A DNA stretch of 64,000 bases, from assembly GCF_009914755.1 (NCBI RefSeq), contig NC_060947.1. One strand, written 5' to 3'. How positions within the stretch are numbered: the first letter of the stretch is position 1; every line of letters begins with the position of its first letter. Below, piece after piece: positions 60,130 through 64,000 of this stretch. A program made the translations under genes and the position numbers. A model generated the notes under the pieces. The model had not been told where the DNA came from. It worked only from the letters and a program-made list of their open reading frames with translations, and did not search any database. Origin of the DNA: the human T2T-CHM13v2.0 reference genome, Homo sapiens.

Positions 60130-61146
60130 GTGGGGAAAAAACAGAACAGAAAAACTGGAAACTCTAAAAAGCAGAGCGCCTCTCCTCCTCCAAAGGAACG
60201 CAGTTCCTCACCAGCAACGGAACAAAGCTGGATGGAGAATGACTTGGACGAGCTGAGAGAAGAAGGCTTCAGACGATCAAACTACTCTGAGCTACGGGAG
60301 GACATTCAAACCAAAGGCAAAGAAGTTGAAAACTTCGAAAGAAATTTAGAAGAATGTATAACTAGAATAACCAATACAGAGAAGTGCTTAAAGGAGTTGA
60401 TGGAGCTGAAAACCAAGGCTCGAGAACTACGTGAAGAATGCAGAAGCCTCAGGAGCCGATGCGATCAACTGGAAGAAAGGGTATCAGCAATGGAAGATGA
60501 AATGAATGAAATGAAGTGAGAAGGGAAGTTTAGAGAAAAAAGAATAAAAAGAAATGAGCAAAGCCTCCAAGAAATATGGGACTATGTGAAAAGACCAAAT
60601 CTATGTCTGATTGGTGTACCTGAAAGTGATGGGGAGAATGGAACCAAGTTGGAAAACACTCTGCAGGATATTACCCAGGAGAACTTCCCCAATCTAGCAA
60701 GGCAGGCCAACATTCAGATTCAGGAAATACAGAGAACGCCACAAAGATACTCCTCGAGAAGAGCAACTCCAAGACACATAATTGTCAGATTCACCAAAGT
60801 TGAAATGAAAGAAAAAATGTTAAGGGCAGCCAGAGAGAAAGGTTGGGTTACCCTCAAAGGGAAGCCCATCAGACTAACAGCGGATCTCTCGGCAGAAACC
60901 CTACAAGCCAGAAGAGAGTGGGGGCCAATATTCAACATTCTTAAAGAAAAGAATTTTTAACCCAGAATTTCATATCCAGCCAAACTAAGCTTCATAAGTG
61001 AAGGAGAAATAAAATACTTTACAGACAAGTAAATGCTGAGAGATTTTGTCACCACCAGGCCTGCCCTAAAAGAGCTCCTGAAGGAAGCACTAAACATGGA
61101 AAGGAACAACCGGTACCAGCCACTGCAAAATCATGCCAAATTGTAA
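60130..61146 (+). pseudogene. ORF1: L1 ORF1p, inactivated
   Basis: ATG changed to GTG at 60130; in-frame stops at 60517 (R130*), 60958 (Q277*), 61030 (Q301*); frame length preserved (339 codons). Confidence 0.93.
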
Positions 61147-61194
61147 GGACCATCGAGGCTAGGAAGAAAGTGCATCAACTAACGAGCAAAATAA

Positions 61195-64000
<2,806 letters not shown>

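Overview
Human (not microbial) genomic DNA: AT-rich, repeat-dense intergenic or intronic sequence. An AluYa5 one base from consensus points to Homo sapiens. I recognise no host protein-coding exon, RNA gene or CRISPR array, and nearly every ORF in the track is a retroelement fragment or chance frame. The window is a layered transposon record: ancient L3/CR1, L2, MIR, L1M, MLT/MST/LTR33 and MER82/MER102 copies; a full-length old L1PA13-16-type element (14.8-22.3 kb); a 5'-truncated antisense L1PA7-like copy; nine Alus; and a young L1PA2/3 with a complete 5'UTR that runs off the right edge. Most notable: (1) that young L1 has a dead ORF1 but an ORF2 open for all 930 visible codons, missing from the ORF track, plus an extended ORF0; (2) a 135-bp near-perfect palindrome fused to the 5' junction of a short L1; (3) the very young AluYa5; (4) a possible 5S-derived AmnSINE1 relic. 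I found no convincing novel multi-gene system. Repeat subfamily names come from recalled consensus motifs, not a database search, and ancient-element boundaries are approximate.
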